DNA from: Gemmatimonadota bacterium
GTDB lineage: Bacteria; Gemmatimonadota; Gemmatimonadetes; Longimicrobiales; Gaopeijiaceae
Length of the DNA stretch: 64,000 nt
Direction: 5' to 3'
Assembly: GCA_034521595.1 (NCBI GenBank)
Contig: JAXHMG010000003.1
Location: forward strand, 1,216,001-1,280,000
Shown: positions 29,877 through 40,098 of the stretch, in pieces
Layout of the letters: each line of letters opens with the position of its first letter
Numbering within the stretch: position 1 is the first letter of the stretch
The notes under the pieces: generated by a model
The model's input: the letters and a program-made list of their open reading frames with translations, nothing else
What the model was told of the DNA's origin: nothing
Databases searched by the model: none
Made by a program: the position numbers and the translations under genes

Positions 29877-31125
29877 GGCGGATCGCGTCCACGGGCTCGA
29901 GGCGAGAAGCCTGCAATGCCGGATAGATGGTCGCCAGGAAAGCCACGAGGACGCTGGCGCCGACGATGAGCAGCACGTCCGTCACCCGAAGCGAAACCGG
30001 GAGGTGATCCACGAAGTACACGTCCGGAGGAATGCGAATGATCTCGTAGCGTCCGAGGAGCCACGAGATCAGGACACCCAACATGGTCCCGACGCCGGTG
30101 CCCACGATCCCGATCCACGCGCCCTGGAGCACGAACACGCGCAGGATTCCGGCGCGTGTCATCCCCATGGCCTTCAGGATTCCGATCTCCCGCGTGCGGT
30201 CCGCCACGACCATCACCAGAGTGCTGACGATGTTGAACGCGGCCACCAGCACGATGAGGAACAGAATGAGGCCCATCGCCAGCTTTTCGAGTCGGAGGGC
30301 GCTGAAGAGGGCCCGGTTCCTCGTCATCCACGACTCCACGTAGTACGGATATCCCAGGCGATCGCCAAGCTCCGCCGCCACCTCGCCGGCCTCCTCCGGA
30401 TTCCGCGTGCGCACCCCGATCCCGCCCGCGGTGCCTTCGGGGATACCCAAAAGGTCACGCGCAGCCTCGAACGTCGTGTAAATGTTGCGGGTGTCGTAAT
30501 CATACATGCCCGTCGTGAAGGTCCCCGTCACCTCGAACTCGCGCAGCGTCGGCGTGAGTCCCCCGAAAGGGTCCTGCCGGAGGTTTTCGAGCGCGACGAT
30601 CACGAGTCGGTCCCCTTCGAAAACCTGCATCCGGTCCGCGAGGCCACTTCCCATCAGGAGCGGAGGTAATTCGGAATCGGTCGGCTCCAGGTCGAGAGCG
30701 CCCTCCATGATGCGACGCTCCATCTCGGTCGGCGCTACCCGCGCCGTATCGATCGACACACCGTAGAGCAGCGCCGGCTGGGAGTAGGATCCCGACTCGG
30801 TCCGTCGCACCACCGAGACTTGCGAGAGCGCGAACGGAGCGGCCCCGATCACGTCCGGGTGGGTGAGGATGGTATCGATCTGGGTCGACCAATCGTCGAG
30901 TCGGAGGGTCGTGCCCTGCTGGAGCACGATCACGTGCGGACTCGACTCGAGGATCTTGTCCCGGAGGTCCTCCTGCATTCCGGTCATCACGGCGATCACG
31001 ACGACGAGCGCGGTGACGCCGACGGTGACCCCTCCCAACGCGATCCACGTTATGAGTGAGAGGAGGCCGCGGCCCCGGCCGGACCGGAGATAGTGACCCG
31101 CGATGTACCAGTGTAGCCGCTTCAT
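29869..31125 (-). CDS. lolE: Lipoprotein-releasing ABC transporter permease (LolC/E family)
   Basis: [52 protein letters not shown]. Confidence 0.88.
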   Translation of the reverse strand: MKRLHWYIAGHYLRSGRGRGLLSLITWIALGGVTVGVTALVVVIAVMTGMQEDLRDKILESSPHVIVLQQGTTLRLDDWSTQIDTILTHPDVIGAAPFALSQVSVVRRTESGSYSQPALLYGVSIDTARVAPTEMERRIMEGALDLEPTDSELPPLLMGSGLADRMQVFEGDRLVIVALENLRQDPFGGLTPTLREFEVTGTFTTGMYDYDTRNIYTTFEAARDLLGIPEGTAGGIGVRTRNPEEAGEVAAELGDRLGYPYYVESWMTRNRALFSALRLEKLAMGLILFLIVLVAAFNIVSTLVMVVADRTREIGILKAMGMTRAGILRVFVLQGAWIGIVGTGVGTMLGVLISWLLGRYEIIRIPPDVYFVDHLPVSLRVTDVLLIVGASVLVAFLATIYPALQASRLEPVDAIRHE

Positions 31126-31150
31126 CCGCCCGTGCTCCGCGTGGCTACCT

Positions 31151-32677
31151 TCACTCCTCGCTCCGAAGGGTCGGGAAGAGGATCACGTCCCGGATCGAGG
31201 CCTGGTCCGTGAGGATCATCACGAACCGGTCCACCCCCATCCCGACCCCGCCGGTCGGCGGCATGCCGTATTCGAGAGCCCGAATGTAGTCTTCGTCCAC
31301 CCGGTGGGCCTCCTCGTCTCCGGCATCGAGCAGCGCGGTTTGAGCTTCGAAGCGTGCTTGTTGGTCGATGGGATCGTTGAGCTCGGAGAATGCGTTGAAC
31401 ACCTCCGATCCCCCGACATACAGCTCGAACCGCTCCGTCAGGCGCCCGTCGTCGCGGTGTGCTTTCGCCAGCGGGCTGAGCTCCCGTGGATGGTCCATCA
31501 CGAACGTCGGCTGAATCAGATTGGGCTCGACCAACTCTCCGAACAGCTTGTCGATGAGCTTGCCACGGCCCGCCCCGTCCAGATCCGGGATTCGGAGCTC
31601 TTCGGCATGGGCGCGCAGGACCGCCGCATCGGCTTCGTGCACGTCGATCCCCAGCGCATCGGAGAGGGCGTCGATGAGCTTCAGCTTCCGGAACGGTGGC
31701 TCGAACGAGATCTCGTGTCCCTGGAACGTCAGCGTTCGTGCTTCGAACACCTCGTCGAGAACGTAGCGCACCATGCGCTCGACCAGATCCATCTGGTCGT
31801 GGTAGTCCGTGAACGCCTGATACCACTCGAGCATCGTGAACTCGGGGTTGTGCACGCGGGAGAGGCCCTCGTTGCGAAAGTCCTTGGAGATCTCGTACAC
31901 GCGGTCGAGTCCTCCGACGATCAGCCGCTTGAGGTACAACTCGTCGGCGATGCGTAGATACATCCGCTGATCGAGGGCCTCATGGTGCGTCACGAACGGC
32001 TTGGCGGAGGCGCCCCCGTACAGAGGCTGAAGGACCGGAGTCTCGACCTCGAGAAAGCCTTCGCTGTCGAGGAACCTCCGCAGCGCCGTGACGGTGCGGG
32101 CACGTATCCGGAAACGCTCCCGGACATCGGGGTGCACGGCCAGGTCGGCGTACCGCTGACGATAGCGCGCTTCCTGGTCCGCGAAGCTCGAGTGCGTGAC
32201 GCGCTCACCGGTCTCCGGATCGGTCTCGACCTTTCCGAACGGAAGGGGGCGGAGGGACTTGGTCAGGAGCGTCCACCGATCGGCCCTGACCGTGACTTCA
32301 CCAGTCCGGGTACGGAACGTCGGTCCCTCGACGCCCAACCAATCGCCCAGGTCGAGAAGGTCGAGGTGCGCGAACGCCTCCTCGCCCAACACGTCCTTCC
32401 GCAGATAGACCTGCACCCGGCCTGCACCGTCTTCCAGATGGGCGAACGCGCTCTTGCCATGCCCCCGCCAGCTCACGATGCGGCCGCCGACGCGCGCTCG
32501 AGCTCCGTCTCCGTTCTCGTCGAGAGCTCCGTCCGCTTCGGCCGTCTCGAACTCCCGGATCGCTTCGCTCGACGTGTGTGTCGGATCGAAGGCATAAGCA
32601 AACGGATCGATCCCCGCTTCCCGTAGCGTCTGCAGCTTCTCACGCCGAACGCGGAGCACCTGGTTCAGATCTTCCAT
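31151..32677 (-). CDS. lysS: Lysine--tRNA ligase (class II)
   Basis: [46 protein letters not shown]. Confidence 0.97.
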   Translation of the reverse strand: MEDLNQVLRVRREKLQTLREAGIDPFAYAFDPTHTSSEAIREFETAEADGALDENGDGARARVGGRIVSWRGHGKSAFAHLEDGAGRVQVYLRKDVLGEEAFAHLDLLDLGDWLGVEGPTFRTRTGEVTVRADRWTLLTKSLRPLPFGKVETDPETGERVTHSSFADQEARYRQRYADLAVHPDVRERFRIRARTVTALRRFLDSEGFLEVETPVLQPLYGGASAKPFVTHHEALDQRMYLRIADELYLKRLIVGGLDRVYEISKDFRNEGLSRVHNPEFTMLEWYQAFTDYHDQMDLVERMVRYVLDEVFEARTLTFQGHEISFEPPFRKLKLIDALSDALGIDVHEADAAVLRAHAEELRIPDLDGAGRGKLIDKLFGELVEPNLIQPTFVMDHPRELSPLAKAHRDDGRLTERFELYVGGSEVFNAFSELNDPIDQQARFEAQTALLDAGDEEAHRVDEDYIRALEYGMPPTGGVGMGVDRFVMILTDQASIRDVILFPTLRSEE

Positions 32678-32754
32678 GCAGTTTGTCGTTCTCGGCCGAT
32701 GTTCAGGGGCATTCGGTTCGGGACGGAGCGCGGGCGTGCGGAACGCGTCCACGC

Positions 32755-33865
32755 TCAAGCGGCGGAGGCCGAACCGATCTTCTTGAGGTACGCTTCGATG
32801 AACGGGTCGAGCTCTCCGTCCATGACGGAGTCGACGTCGCTGTCCTTCAGCTCGGTCCGGTGATCGTTCACCATGGTGTACGGTTGGAACACGTACGAGC
32901 GGATCTGATTGCCCCAACCGATCTCGGTCTTCGTGGCTTCACGCTCGGCCCTCGTGCGCTCCTTCTCGTCGAGGGCCCGCTGATATAGCGCGGCACGGAG
33001 CATCTTCATCGCGGTCGCGCGGTTCTTGTGTTGCGAGCGCTCCTGCTGACACGAGACCACGATCCCCGTGGGCCCGTGCGTCAGGCGGACGGCCGAGTCG
33101 GTCTTGTTGATGTGCTGTCCGCCGGCGCCGGATGCCCGGTACGTGTCCACGCGGAGGTCACTATCGTCGATCTCGATCTCGATTTCGTCTTCCACCAACG
33201 GATAGACGAAAACACTCGCGAAGGAGGTGTGCCGGCGAGACTGGGCGTCGAACGGTGAGATACGGACCAAGCGGTGGACTCCGCCCTCGGCCTTCAGATA
33301 GCCGTAGGCGCTCTCGCCGTGGATCTCGAGCGTGGCGCTCCGTATGCCGGCCTCCTCGGCGTGTTGCAGGTCGAGCACCTCGACTTCGTAGTCGTGACGC
33401 TCGGCCCAACGCGTGTACATCCGCATCAGCATCTCCGCCCAATCCTGGGACTCCAGCCCGCCGGCGCCCGGGTGGATCGTCACGATCGCATCCCGGTGAT
33501 CCTCCTCTCCCTGGAGCATCGTCCGCACTTCCAACGTCTCGATGGCCCGCTCGACCGAGTCCAACCCTCTTTCGAGCTCACTCTGCAGCTCGTCGTCGGC
33601 GTCGTCCGACAACAGCTCCGCGATGGCGTCGAGCTCCTTCACCTTGGCGGACAAGTCATTCCAGGGATCGATCCATGCCTTGATGCGGTTCGACTCGTCG
33701 ATGGTTTCCCGGGCGGCTTCCGGATCGTCCCAGAATCCCGGCTGCGCCATCCGCTCTTCCAGAGTGGTCAGGCGTCCTTCGCGTGAGTCCAGGTCAAAGA
33801 TACCCCCTGAGGTCGTGGACCTTCTGGCGGACCACCGCCAAGCGCTGCTCTTGGTCTTTGTCCAT
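32755..33865 (-). CDS. prfB: Peptide chain release factor 2 with programmed +1 frameshift
   Basis: SPF and GGQ motifs; a short upstream frame MDKDQEQRLAVVRQKVHDLRGYL* joins the main ORF at CTT TGA C. Confidence 0.96.
33793..33808 (-). promoter_or_regulatory. prfB autoregulatory frameshift site
   Basis: AGGGGGTATCTTTGAC: internal SD plus slippery CTTTGAC. Confidence 0.96.
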
Positions 33866-33960
33866 GGTCGGGACGATCTCGAGGCTCGGAGTGCGGAAGG
33901 GACGAACGCATGAAGGGCCGCCCGGATCGGACGGCCCTCCTGCTAGGTCCCGGGCGCGGG

Positions 33961-33989
33961 AATATACCCGTGCTCGGTGGCTCTTTCAA
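33961..33989 (-). promoter_or_regulatory. Putative sigma70 promoter of prfB-lysS
   Basis: TTGAAA-17 bp-TATATT. Confidence 0.6.
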
Positions 33990-34003
33990 CGGCGATCGGC
34001 GCC

Positions 34004-34981
34004 TCAGAACAACTGTTGCCCCTTCGCGAGGATCTCGTTGAGCGCCTGCGTCCAGAAGCGGTGCCCTTCGCCCTCCGCGATCTCGGCCCCGACCTGATCC
34101 ACGAACTCCTTCCAGGATTTCTCGATCTCTTCCTCGAAGTCCTCGGCCAATGTACCCCGAGCCAAAGCCTCCTGGTGGCGCTGGGCGTTGTACATGACCA
34201 TGTCCGAAACCAGAACGCGCGCCAGACGCCGGGCTTTGTCCATCGGATCCCGCTTGCCGAACGTGAAGCCCTGGACCGGTTTGCCGTCGGGTTCGGAGGA
34301 CGGCGGAGCATGGCCTTCGGGAGCGGGCTCGGCAGCGTCGTCCGGCGGCGGGGTGGTGGCCGCCTCGTCCTCCGGGCGCACCGTGCCCGAGAGATCTCCG
34401 AACGCATCCAGTGGCGCATCCGGCTGATCGGAGTCGGCGTCGGTCTCCGGACCGGGGGTCCCAGTATCGGGGACATCCCCCTCCAGTCCCGGCAGATCCC
34501 CACCGGTGGCCCAGTCCGGCATGGCGTCTTCGGCAGGCGTGGGGTCCTCTTCCCGTGGGGCCGGCGCCTCCGCATCGAGCGTGGACTCCGGCCACGGATC
34601 CCCGTATGGACGTGCTTCGTCAGCCGAAGTCGTCTCGTGATCCGGAGCCGGCTGGTCCACCGAGGGCGCTTCACCCATCCCGGCATCGGGGACTCCCGCG
34701 AATGGATCCCGCTCGACCGCCCATTCGTCGGTGGCCGGCGCGGGCTCCGGATCGGGCTCCGGGTCGGAGACGGGCGTCCCGAAGGCTTCCGGGTCGGGCT
34801 GGTCCGGGGCGTGGAACGGCTGCTCGGGCGTGGACTCCGAGCCGGCGGCCGCGTCGGGCTTCTCCACCCGGAATACGTGCCCACACTCGCTGCATCGGGC
34901 CTTCACGCCGGCCTCCGGAATCTTGTCGGGATCGACGGGGAACGACGTGGCGCAGGCCGGACAGGATACGGTGATGACCAT
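34004..34981 (-). CDS. MJ0042-type zinc-ribbon protein with acidic Pro-rich linker and helical C-terminal domain
   Basis: CPACATSF..KARCSECGHVF, a long P/D/E/A-rich linker, C-terminal ARRLARVLVSDMVMYN domain. Confidence 0.8.
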   Translation of the reverse strand: MVITVSCPACATSFPVDPDKIPEAGVKARCSECGHVFRVEKPDAAAGSESTPEQPFHAPDQPDPEAFGTPVSDPEPDPEPAPATDEWAVERDPFAGVPDAGMGEAPSVDQPAPDHETTSADEARPYGDPWPESTLDAEAPAPREEDPTPAEDAMPDWATGGDLPGLEGDVPDTGTPGPETDADSDQPDAPLDAFGDLSGTVRPEDEAATTPPPDDAAEPAPEGHAPPSSEPDGKPVQGFTFGKRDPMDKARRLARVLVSDMVMYNAQRHQEALARGTLAEDFEEEIEKSWKEFVDQVGAEIAEGEGHRFWTQALNEILAKGQQLF

Positions 34982-35003
34982 GATGGTATGTATTGCTGGG
35001 TGG

Positions 35004-36026
35004 CTAAGGAGTCGGTCGGTTCATGCCGTCGCGTAGATCGGGCCCGCTCAAAGCGTCCGGATCCTCGGCCGAAGCCGTCCGTAAGGTCGGCGTCTGGTGG
35101 CGACGGTCGACCACGTACTTCGAACCAGGCAGGGATTTGGCGTACGTCTTCATTTCGGCCGCCAGCTCACTGATCTGTCCCGTATGCTCGAACCGCTGAA
35201 ATTGGTTGGTGACGACGCCGATCGAAAGCGCCATGAGCGGAATGCGGTGGATGTTCCCCCGGCGGTCCTTGCCGAGGAAGTAGCCGGCGCGGCGATCATC
35301 CTCCGTGTACTGGTAAGGGATGAGCTCGTCGAACACCCGGATCACCTCGTCACACGTCCCTTCCAGGTGCTCCAACCGGAGGTTGAAGATGAAGTCGTCG
35401 CCGCCGATGTGTCCGACGAAGCCTCCCGGCGCGAGCCCCCGCACCACGTCCCGGAGCATCTTGGAGAGGAGTCGAATCACCCGGTCTCCGTTCGCATACC
35501 CGTAGCGGTCGTTGAACTCCTTGAAATGGTCGAGGTCCGCGTAGCAGACCGCGAACTCCTCGCCCACTTCCAGACGGCCCTGCATATCCCGCGCGATATG
35601 GTTCGTACCGGGCAGGCGCGTCGTGGGATGAACGGACACGTCCCGGTCGGCACGACGGATGACCTGCTCCAAGCGAAGCCGTTTCTCGCGCTCCGAAAGA
35701 CCGTGGCGCACGACTTCATCCACCCCCGCCTCGAGAAGCTCCGAGGAGCGATCGTCCGAGCTCTCGTCCAGGAGGACGATCACCGGGACGATACCGGTGA
35801 ACGGATCGTCCTTGATGCTCCGCGCGATATCAATGATCTCGAAGTCGCCGGCACCGTCTTCGAACACGACACACGCCGGGTAGGTCCGGTTCAGCACGGC
35901 ACGGAGCTGCGCTTGGTCTCCCACGGGCATGATATCGAGTCCGTGATCCCGCGCGAAGCTGCGCACGAGCTCGGAGGGACCCGTGCGGCGGGGTCCGTAG
36001 TGCAGGATCGTATTGTCGGACGCCAT
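35004..36026 (-). CDS. Receiver-like + GGDEF-family (GGDDF) protein
   Basis: PTTRLPG, YADLDHFKEFNDRYGY..GD, GHIGGDDF; REC-like N-terminus (PVIVL..GVDEVV). Confidence 0.85.
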   Translation of the reverse strand: MASDNTILHYGPRRTGPSELVRSFARDHGLDIMPVGDQAQLRAVLNRTYPACVVFEDGAGDFEIIDIARSIKDDPFTGIVPVIVLLDESSDDRSSELLEAGVDEVVRHGLSEREKRLRLEQVIRRADRDVSVHPTTRLPGTNHIARDMQGRLEVGEEFAVCYADLDHFKEFNDRYGYANGDRVIRLLSKMLRDVVRGLAPGGFVGHIGGDDFIFNLRLEHLEGTCDEVIRVFDELIPYQYTEDDRRAGYFLGKDRRGNIHRIPLMALSIGVVTNQFQRFEHTGQISELAAEMKTYAKSLPGSKYVVDRRHQTPTLRTASAEDPDALSGPDLRDGMNRPTP

Positions 36027-36057
36027 GAATCCTCACGGAAGCGATCAACGGAGGACG

Positions 36058-36087
36058 AGGTTACCTTGCCGCGGAGGGCGGTGTCAA
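36058..36087 (-). promoter_or_regulatory. Putative sigma70 promoter of the GGDEF/zinc-ribbon pair
   Basis: TTGACA-18 bp-TAACCT. Confidence 0.55.
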
Positions 36088-38222
36088 TCGCTCCGAGGCA
36101 GGCTCCGGATCGGGATGAAGTCGATCTGGCGCGCTTCCTTGTCGACGCGCGAGACCTGGACTTCCAGCCTGTCGCCAAGCCGATAGCGACGCCCCTTCCG
36201 CTCACCCACCAGGGCGTAGGCTCCCTCGTCGAAGCGATAGTAATCATCGGACAGCGCGCTCACGTGCACCAGCCCGTCGACGAAGTATGCTTCGAGCGTG
36301 ACGAAGAACCCGAACGAGGTGACCCCCGAGATGCGGCCCGGGAGCCTGTCGCCCAGATGGCGCTCCATGAACTCCACCTTCTTCATCGCTACCGAGGCTC
36401 GCTCCGCCTCCTCCGCGGCACGCTCACGCTCGCTGGCCCGTTCGGCGGTCGACTCGAGAGCATCCGGATCCATGGCGGCGGATGCTCCCCCGAGGAACTG
36501 ATCGGCTACCGCTCGGTGAACCACCAGATCGGGATAGCGCCGGATCGGCGACGTGAAGTGCAGGTACGCGGTCGAGGCGAGTCCGAAGTGACCCAGGTTC
36601 TCGGGGTCGTACCTGGCCTTCATCAGCGAACGGAGCACCGCGGTCGACACGAGCATCTCCTCGGGACGCCCACGCGCCGCCTCCAGCAGCTTCTGGGCAT
36701 CCCGCGGCTCGATCGTCCTGCGCTTGGGCACGGATAGACCGAATCGACCGACGAGCTCCCCGAGATCCTCGACCTTCTCGCTGCTCGGCGGCTCGTGAAC
36801 CCGAAAGAGCGCCGGCGCCGCCTTTGCTTCCATGTCGTTGGCCACGACTTCGTTGGCGAGGATCATGAAGTCCTCGACGAGCCGGTGGCTGGCCGTGCGC
36901 TCCCGCATCTTGATATCGGTGGGAACCCCTTCGTCGTCGAGGATGACCTTCGCCTCGGGAAGGTCCAGATCCAGGGCCCCCCGCTTCGTGCGACGGGTTC
37001 GCACCGCGCCCGCGAGCTCGTCGAGCAGGCGGAGGGACGCGTCCACCTCCGGATCGACGGAGCCGTCGGCTCCGAGAACCTCCTGCGCGTCCTCGTACGA
37101 GAGCGCGTGCCGGCACCGGATGATGGTGCGCTCGTACCGGTGCCGCTGCACCTGCCCGTCGGAGGACAGGGTCATGTAGAGCGAGACGGCGAAGCGGTCC
37201 TCACCGGGGTTCAGGGAGCACACTTCGTTGGACAACACCGGAGGGAGCATGGGGATCGTCCGGTCGACGAGGTAGACGCTCGTGCCCCGCTCGAACGCCT
37301 CCGCGTCCACCGTGGAGCCCCGCTTCACGAAGTGGGAGACGTCAGCGATGTGCACGCCTACCTCGGCCAGCCCGTCCTCCGTCCGTGTGACGGATAGCGC
37401 ATCGTCATGATCCTTGGCGTCCGCCGGATCGATCGTGAAGGTGAGCAGGCCGGTGCGGTCGATCCGCTGGGGTCCAGGGTCCTTCAACCCGTCGCGAGAC
37501 GCCGCAGCCGCCGCGTCCAGTACCGGCTGCTCGAACTCCAGCGAGACGCCGAACCCGTACGCCACCGCGAGCACGTCCACCCCCGGGTCCGACAAGGGTC
37601 CCAGGACTCGGTCCACCGCACCGGTCGGTCCCACACGTCCCTCGCCGTACGTCAAAATCCGCGCCACGACGACGTCCCCCTCGGCGGCACCGCCGTCTTC
37701 CTCGGGGGCGACCAGGATGTCCCGGTTCAGCCGGACGTCGAGTGGGGTCACGTAAGTGACCTTCTTGCCCCGATGCAGCGTTCCGACGACGGAATCACGC
37801 GCCCGTTCGAGGACGCGAATGACCCGACCTTCCCGGTTCCGACCCTTCGGATGTCGCTCGACGCGTGCGGCGACGCGGTCTCCGTCCATGGCGGTGTCGA
37901 GCCATGCCGCCGGCACGAACACGTCCTCCCCTCCCTCCGCGGGCCGCACGAATCCGTCGCCTCGCCGCGTCAGGGACAGCGTGCCGGGCACCACGTCCAT
38001 GCTCGACGGCACCGCATAGCGATTCCCACGGGTGCGGATGACCTTTCCCGCTCGCTCGAGGGAAGACAGCAGCCGCTTGAAATCCCGATATTGATGGGTG
38101 GGAACCCCCAACCGCTTGGCCAATTCCTTGGGCTTCGCGGGCCGGCCGATCTGGCCCAGCGCATGGAGCACGTCGCCCCTCAGCTCCTTCACGTCCTTTT
38201 TCGTCATGGTCTCCACTCCCAA
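36084..38222 (-). CDS. rnr: Ribonuclease R
   Basis: HTH and cold-shock domains, TIDPADAKDHDDA, HIADVSHFV, HFTSPIRRYPDL, C-terminal S1. Confidence 0.95.
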   Translation of the reverse strand: MGVETMTKKDVKELRGDVLHALGQIGRPAKPKELAKRLGVPTHQYRDFKRLLSSLERAGKVIRTRGNRYAVPSSMDVVPGTLSLTRRGDGFVRPAEGGEDVFVPAAWLDTAMDGDRVAARVERHPKGRNREGRVIRVLERARDSVVGTLHRGKKVTYVTPLDVRLNRDILVAPEEDGGAAEGDVVVARILTYGEGRVGPTGAVDRVLGPLSDPGVDVLAVAYGFGVSLEFEQPVLDAAAAASRDGLKDPGPQRIDRTGLLTFTIDPADAKDHDDALSVTRTEDGLAEVGVHIADVSHFVKRGSTVDAEAFERGTSVYLVDRTIPMLPPVLSNEVCSLNPGEDRFAVSLYMTLSSDGQVQRHRYERTIIRCRHALSYEDAQEVLGADGSVDPEVDASLRLLDELAGAVRTRRTKRGALDLDLPEAKVILDDEGVPTDIKMRERTASHRLVEDFMILANEVVANDMEAKAAPALFRVHEPPSSEKVEDLGELVGRFGLSVPKRRTIEPRDAQKLLEAARGRPEEMLVSTAVLRSLMKARYDPENLGHFGLASTAYLHFTSPIRRYPDLVVHRAVADQFLGGASAAMDPDALESTAERASERERAAEEAERASVAMKKVEFMERHLGDRLPGRISGVTSFGFFVTLEAYFVDGLVHVSALSDDYYRFDEGAYALVGERKGRRYRLGDRLEVQVSRVDKEARQIDFIPIRSLPRSD

Positions 38223-39067
38223 CGCATTCGGAGCTCCCAGGAATCACGACGGGTGGCTTCCGGCGCGAGCTCGACCGAGATTCCGCGTGTCGTGATCAGC
38301 GCGTCGACGGCGGAAACGAGGTGGTTCGCCATCAGCGCACCCAAGATCACGGTCGCGTTCCGAAAGCGGTCGTCGCTTTCTTCGATGAAGGCCGCGTAGC
38401 GCTCGCGCAGCTCGCCCTGGCCGGTCCAATCCCATAGAAACGACTCGTCGTATGCCCGATCCGCATAATAGTCGAGTGCCGCCCTGTAGGATGGATCACT
38501 CGGATTCGCTCCGTTTCCGGAGACACCGAACAGTGCACGCGCACGATCCCATATGGCCCCGTTGAAGGTCGAGGGATCGGTCTCCGGCTGAATCCCTGGT
38601 GTGCCGGGATTTCGGTCGAAGCCTCCCGAGGACCTCCATTGGGTCATCCGTTCATAGTACTCGAAGTCACCGTCGACACGGGGACCCTCGGCCACGCGCG
38701 CCGCCTCCCAAGCCAGATCGCGGTATCGGTCACGGAAGCCGGCCCCGGAACGGCGTTGGTTCACGTAGAGCACCCATCCCACCACCTCGCCCGCCAGGTA
38801 CGCCCACCCGCGGCGCCGCGCCATCGCGAGCTGTCCCGTCCCGGGAACGATCAACGACAGGGTGGGTGGCACCCCCGGATGCCGCGTCGACCACGACTCC
38901 GGGCCCCCCGTCAGCATCGTCCGAGGATCAGGGAATCTCGTCCGGGACGCAGGAAACAGCGCGGCCGAGGTCACGTCGACCGCTCCGTCCTGGGCCAGGA
39001 CTCGGGCGGGGCTCCCGACCCACAGGCCAATTCCGACGAGCCCCGCGCTCAGGAGCACGTTGGACAT
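38204..39067 (-). CDS. Hypothetical exported/membrane protein (DUF5683-like)
   Basis: Signal-like N-terminus, SLIVPGTGQ..GWAYL motif, C-terminal NHLVSAVDA; sits in the run between the PorV-like gene and rnr. Confidence 0.6.
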   Translation of the reverse strand: MSNVLLSAGLVGIGLWVGSPARVLAQDGAVDVTSAALFPASRTRFPDPRTMLTGGPESWSTRHPGVPPTLSLIVPGTGQLAMARRRGWAYLAGEVVGWVLYVNQRRSGAGFRDRYRDLAWEAARVAEGPRVDGDFEYYERMTQWRSSGGFDRNPGTPGIQPETDPSTFNGAIWDRARALFGVSGNGANPSDPSYRAALDYYADRAYDESFLWDWTGQGELRERYAAFIEESDDRFRNATVILGALMANHLVSAVDALITTRGISVELAPEATRRDSWELRMRWEWRP

Positions 39068-39087
39068 GGACGCCCGGAGGAGCGAAA

Positions 39088-40098
39088 TCAAAGCGCGATG
39101 GAGAACGTCACGTGGACCGGCTCGGTTTCGCCCGTCAAATTCGATACGGCGAGCGACTTGGCGATCGAAAGGTCGAAGCGCTCGAATCTGAGGCCCAACC
39201 CCACCCGTGTGCCCTCCTCCTGCCCGAGCTCGGACACGACGTGTCCAGCCCTCAAGGAGATGGCATCCGCCTGGCCCGCCTTGACCTCGGATCCGAAGTA
39301 TACGGACAACGAGCCGGGGTCCCGCAGCCGGTCCTGGAGCTCCACTCCGATCCATCCGGACAGGGCCTCGTGATCGGTCACCGCCCCCACGATGTCGTAT
39401 GCCGCGGCGATGCGCGCCCGTGCCGGAAGAGGATCGGCCTGCTCGGCGTTCTCGACCTGGAGCCGGGGCCCGACATGCGCGACCATGGCTCCGAGCCGCA
39501 GACGCTCGGCCACGCGAGTCTGGATCCCCGCGTCCACGGCCCACGTCGTGGCCGCCGTGCCCGCGTCGGGACAAATCCCACGGCACGACAGGCGAAACTG
39601 TACGAGCTTGAAGCTCAGCCCCGCATTGAGCTTCTCGACGAGCCGCGTCGCCCCCGAAAGCACCGCCAGATGGTTTCGGATGGTGATGGTCCCGGTGAAA
39701 TTCCCGTTTTCGTCCCGCTGATCGATCTCGCCCGCATCGAGCAGAGAGTACGACGCACCGAGCGTGCCCGACTCCGGATTCGCCCACACTCCAGAGAACG
39801 CCGTGGCCGTGCCGGCCACGTGGTCGCCGCGGAAGAGCACGACTTGGCTTTCATCGACGCCCGCCAGGCCGGCAGGGTTCCAGAATCCCGCCTCAGCGCT
39901 CTCGAGTGCCGTCACGACCCGTCCCAGCGAGACGGCCCTGGCCCCCACCGGCAGCAGGAGGAAGAGCGCGCCCTCCGATCCCGTGCTTTCCGATCGATCC
40001 GCCCCTTGGGCCGCCAGAGGCCCCCCGGTCACCGAGGCGACCGCAAGCAGCATCAGCATGGCCCGCGTGCCGCCGCGGGCCCTCTGCTCGAACCTCAT
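39088..40098 (-). CDS. PorV/PorQ-family outer-membrane beta-barrel protein
   Basis: GALFLLLPVGARAVSLG..FWNPAGLA motif, amphipathic beta-strands, LRAG. Confidence 0.78.
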   Translation of the reverse strand: MRFEQRARGGTRAMLMLLAVASVTGGPLAAQGADRSESTGSEGALFLLLPVGARAVSLGRVVTALESAEAGFWNPAGLAGVDESQVVLFRGDHVAGTATAFSGVWANPESGTLGASYSLLDAGEIDQRDENGNFTGTITIRNHLAVLSGATRLVEKLNAGLSFKLVQFRLSCRGICPDAGTAATTWAVDAGIQTRVAERLRLGAMVAHVGPRLQVENAEQADPLPARARIAAAYDIVGAVTDHEALSGWIGVELQDRLRDPGSLSVYFGSEVKAGQADAISLRAGHVVSELGQEEGTRVGLGLRFERFDLSIAKSLAVSNLTGETEPVHVTFSIAL

